Assembly: GCA_037447605.1 (NCBI GenBank)
Contig: CM074809.1
Coordinates: 3,214,689-3,278,688, forward strand
Origin: Zygnema circumcarinatum SAG 698-1b
Taxonomy: Eukaryota > Plantae > Zygnematophyceae
DNA length: 64,000 nucleotides
Direction of reading: 5' to 3'
This document shows, in pieces, positions 60,921 through 64,000 of this stretch; position 1 is the stretch's first letter; the number at the start of each line of letters is the position of its first letter. Under the pieces are notes generated by a model, which saw nothing but the letters and a program-made list of their open reading frames with translations, made no database searches and was not told the origin of the DNA. The position numbers were made by a program, and so were the translations under genes.

Positions 60921-61690
60921 GCCACGTGCACAATTTGCACACGTGTCGAATTATTTTTGGACGATGCTAGACTACAGTTTGCGTTGTACGGAACACGGAC
61001 GTACGCCAACCGACGGTCAGGCTGTGGCGGACCAGATGGGAAAAAAGTTCCGAAAACGGCCAGGTCGAAAAAAATAAACGTTTCCCTCCCTGGAAGTCGC
61101 CGCTGATTGGCTGCTGAAATTCGCTTTCGTGTCAACATTTGCCGACTGCCACATATCCGATGGCAACACGTGGCGGCCTCTCCGCCACGGCTTATTGTCC
61201 GTTTCGGCAGCGGCTAGATCTACTTGGGACACGTGTCGCCTCCAGCGGCGTCCAGCCGCTCGGACAAAATGACGCAAAATCAAGAAATTGGCACCAAATC
61301 GAAAACTCGCCAAAAACAGGCCCGTTCCATGTGATAGCGTTAAGTTCAACCGCATATAGCCAAATGTAAGTGTTTTTAATATGTCTATTTTTCATAATTG
61401 GTACAAATTGGTCGCAAATTTATGACTACGTGTCGTTTTCCTATTGGATGAGAGGTCCTTGTTGCTCTCTCATTGGCTGATGAAAATCAAGCAAACGGTT
61501 TTTTAAGTGCCACAATTTCGGCATGTGCCTGTCGAAGCTATGGAAAATTTACCCTTAACGGCCACATGGAAAGCCGTTCCTTTCACCGCCAGATTATCCC
61601 CCTCGAAGTTCCCGAGGGTGGGACTCCATTGAGCGAGCCAACTTCGCTGGCCAATCAGAGTTTACCACGTCATTATTTGTGACACGTGGC
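60921..61690. promoter_or_regulatory. Cluster of G-box/ABRE-like CACGTG motifs upstream of the ARASP-like gene
   Basis: gccacgtg (60921), acacgtgtc (60939), acacgtggc (61166), gacacgtgtc (61228), acacgtggc (61682), with CCAAT/ATTGG motifs nearby. Confidence 0.4.
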
Positions 61691-61999
61691 AAATCGTTAT
61701 TGGCCAACATTTTAGCTTCGATGGAGGCCCTCCCTCAGGACTGAGGAAGAGCGAGAGAGGACGTGTGCGCTGTAGGTTTGGCAGCCATGGCGGAATTTGA
61801 TGAGTATCTTGCTCCGCCCATGACCTTGACTTAAACTTAAGCTTGAGATAACTGGATTTCTCGTTTAAGGCTGATGGAGCTTGGAAGAAATTAGGGTTAG
61901 GATTCTTCACTCCAGCAGCGCAGAAACCAGAAGGAAGGAAGGAAGGAAGGAAAGAAAGGTCTTTCCGCACTTGCAGAAATTTCTGGTTTAAAGTTAGGA

Positions 62000-64000
62000 A
62001 TGATAGTCCTTCCTTCCAGTAAGCTGATGGATCTGAAGATGGCCTCAGCTGGCTCCTTGGTGACTGAGTATTCTGCTCTGAGCAGTGATCATGTGGCCAC
62101 TTTTAGCTGCTATTCCAGAAGAGCGAAGGTGGGGGGGACTGCTCCAACACGTGCAGTTAGGGCAGTTGGGCTCTCTGGAGGGGGAGATTCCCTCTTGGTA
62201 CTATCAACTGCAAAGAGCAGTATCCGGCAATGCAGGTTTGCGTCTGTGGCAGGAAAGGAAGTGCTTTCACATCGTCTTTGCAACCTTAGGCCGAGGAGAT
62301 TTGCCGGAGCCGGAAATGTCTCAGGTCTGCGGAATTCGGAGAGATGCTCAGGCCGCCGGTTCTTGATAGCCGCCCAGAGGGATGCCAGTCGCGATACTAT
62401 TTCGGATACGGAATTGCCGGAACCGTCGCACCCCTCTGTAGAATTAAAGGTGAGTTCATCTACTTTGTTGCCTGTTCTGGATTTGAGTCGCATCCAGACT
62501 TTCAAGGGCACCACCTTTAGGCAACTATTGATTCAAATTTAGTTGAAGCCGTTCGTTTTTGTCTGCATAGAGACTGCAGGGTCTGTAAGTTCAGGTCCAG
62601 CTCGTAAGAGTTGTAGTTTTGGATGATCTTCTCTGTAATTGGAATTTCTTAACGCTCGGCATTCTTCCTTTGCTCTGGGGTTGGCCTGATGCTGGAGTGG
62701 CCAACCATTTTAATTCTCCTTTCTTCAATCAAGCCCGAGAGAAAGAGCTCTTCATGCTTCCCTTAGCAGGATGAACCTGGTTTGACGAGTCCCGGCCTTT
62801 CTTAGGTTGCTGATTGTGCGCTGCTCTGCGCCTCAGTTGATGCGGTAGTTTTGAGGGGCTGAGGTTTTTGAAAGGATTTCTCTCCTGGCTAGTGTACGTT
62901 CAACTCATTTCTAGAGATGTATAGGTATCAAATTCACTTGTGCTGTGGTTGGTACGCTGTAAATGGATGGCTTCTAGCTGCGGTTGAGTCTCTGAGGTTA
63001 GCGATTGAGCGTTTCCTAGTGCCCGTATTCAATTGTTTAGTTCTTAGGTTTGTCTACAACTTTGAAAGTATTAGTAAAGGACCTCAGAGGTATTCTATGT
63101 ATTGAATCGATATCGCATGGAAGATTGGGCACCGTACATGCATCATGGGCGAACCCTTAGTGGATGATACTTACGCAGCACAAGCAACTGCAATCTTTGA
63201 AGGTTTTCAGGATGGTCCAATGTTCCTCTGTAGTGTTCTATAACTTATTAGAGACGGTTATAGTGGCCTTTTGAAGGATTCCAAGTTTGGCACAGTCATT
63301 CATATCGAACTTTTAAAAGGGGCAGGCTGAAAACGTATTTTAGTATTCCGCTTCAATTAGGGGTCGGTCAAGTGATAAGGTCATAAACTTGTAGATAGAG
63401 AACCTGACATGGTTTGTCAAAATATTGTTTGATTGTGATTAAATTTCTACTGCGTACTGCAAAACTGAATTTGAAATTGATGGCTTCCTTAAGTCAGTTT
63501 GCTGTTTTGTACGGCCGTCCTTGAGGGCTCTTACCACTTTAGAAGTTGTATAAGGTCAGAGCAGGAAGGACTCTTAACACCATCCTAAGCATGGAAATGA
63601 CTAGTTTGACAGTGAGAACAATATAACCTAAAAATCAGACAGATAAACGGGTGCAAGCATTGGCCGACCACTCTGAACTATTTCAATTCAACGGGGCTGT
63701 ACAAGCAGTTGCCAGTCCTATGCCAAAAGGTGTTGGCAGAATTGGTTGTCCCTTTCATTGTCGTCCCTCTTCTGAGCCCGCAAGTATTCTGCTGAAGCTC
63801 GATTTTCCTTTCCTTTGCTGAGAGTTCTTTGCTTGTGCTTGAATCCTTGCAGATAACTGGAGGGGATAGGGGCACATGGAAGCAGTTACGGCCCACAGGT
63901 GCGCTGCTTGGCTTGGCTGGTTTGGTCGCCGGACTTAACTTGGAAGGGCCGGGCTCAGTATTAGAGGCTATGGGGGTGTTGGCACTAATAGTAACAGTGC
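62000..64000 (+). CDS. ARASP: Plastid RseP-like M50 intramembrane zinc metalloprotease (ARASP-like), 5' part; exons ~62000-62449 and 63853->64000
   Basis: Exon 1 is Ser/Arg/Ala-rich and transit-peptide-like, ending AAG|GTGAG (phase 0). Exon 2 reads ...LNLEGPGSVLEAMGVLALIVTV(H), matching the segment just before the HExxH motif of ARASP. The motif itself is cut by the window end. Confidence 0.72.

Overview
Eukaryotic nuclear DNA from a plant-lineage organism, most likely a streptophyte (charophyte-type) green alga. This is inferred from plant-type genes with GT-AG introns full of GA/GGA microsatellites. It is a draft assembly with many 10-N gaps and gap-flanked duplications. Genes in order: (1) catalytically dead soluble-pyrophosphatase-like protein with a long disordered tail (+, 2346-6132); (2) a duplicated ~2.2-2.5 kb unit containing an organellar-type group IIA intron fragment; (3) GCN2 eIF2-alpha kinase (-); (4) a second, diverged pseudo-pyrophosphatase paralogue (-, 24783-27410); (5) a P3A plasma-membrane H+-ATPase lacking the C-terminal regulatory domain (+); (6) a secreted beta-propeller + 3x PAN/apple + SPPP-rich glycoprotein (-); (7) folylpolyglutamate synthase (-); (8) a Cys-rich/TPR/coiled-coil/RING protein (+); (9) the 5' end of a plastid RseP-like (ARASP) M50 protease (+). 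The strongest candidate for an undescribed system is the pseudo-PPase pair. Both have lost most or all catalytic residues, share three Cys, the same intron position and a 12/14-identical C-terminal motif, and have clustered SBP-type CGTAC(AA) elements upstream. All homology calls come from motif recognition by eye; no database searches were run.
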